64,000 nt of DNA from a virus. The stretch covers positions 1 to 64,000 of the IMG/VR virus record IMGVR_UViG_3300032285_001316. The stretch is one strand, 5' to 3'. The notes beneath the pieces were generated by a model. That model made no database searches. It was given only the letters and a program-made list of their open reading frames with translations, and was not told the origin of the DNA. A program made the translations under genes and the position numbers. Every line of letters begins with the position of its first letter. Position 1 is the first letter of the stretch. Shown piece after piece: positions 63,692 to 64,000 of this stretch.

Positions 63692-64000
63692 TGCCTGAAA
63701 CAATGCAGTTTGGTTTGCCTATGGGGGAGTCAAAGGGTGGGCTAACAAACGCGATTAAGAATGCGATTGAAGCCAAAAAGAAAGCGGTGCTGAGTGGCCG
63801 TGCGCGGCTCGATGCGCAGATCAAAGAGCAGAACGCCAAGAGGGAAGCTGGTGGAGCAGAACAGATCGACGCGTCTACTGGGGCATCTTCTCACCCCGAA
63901 GACGCATACTCAGACTGGCTTCAGAAGCGTGACATCAAGAATAACGCACAGTTTGCAAAGCAACAAGAGCAGCAGCACTTGAACCTTCAGGCTGAAAAAA
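63691..64000 (+). CDS. Hypothetical protein (3'-truncated by window edge)
   Basis: TAATG-coupled ATG at 63691; open to the end of the window. Confidence 0.55.
   Translation, partial: MPETMQFGLPMGESKGGLTNAIKNAIEAKKKAVLSGRARLDAQIKEQNAKREAGGAEQIDASTGASSHPEDAYSDWLQKRDIKNNAQFAKQQEQQHLNLQAEK

Overview
A 64-kb internal fragment of a lytic-type, contractile-tailed (myovirus-like) dsDNA phage. Three WhiB proteins, a ClgR-like regulator and a DUF2746-like membrane protein point to an actinobacterial host. Layout: 1-15.4 kb (+) tail sheath, tube, chaperone, tape measure and baseplate. 15.4-33.9 kb (+) replication and recombination (HTH initiator with internal repeats, DnaC-like ATPase, DnaB, primase, HNH, SNF2 helicase, gp32-like SSB, PolA, RecA, resolvases, Cas4-like nuclease, SpoVS). 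33.9-39 kb (+) low-complexity proteins sharing short motifs, probably virion cargo. 39-43 kb (+) nucleotidyltransferase, HAD and a TGT-like fusion protein, in a stretch almost free of CTT/CTC on the + strand. 43.1-54 kb (-) early block (2x WhiB, HicA-like, ClgR-like, PD glycosylase-like, VWA plus MoxR AAA) with a SigA-type promoter, a type II hammerhead ribozyme and a CTAG/CTCT-rich promoter-proximal end. 54-64 kb mostly (+) small leaderless genes, a candidate anti-Shine-Dalgarno sRNA, a CHAP endolysin with membrane tail, a class Ic-type RNR R2, two candidate ncRNAs, NlpC/P60, tRNA-Thr(UGU), HNH and thioredoxin. No capsid, portal, large terminase or integrase gene is recognisable in this window. 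All calls come from motif recognition by eye; no database searches were run.
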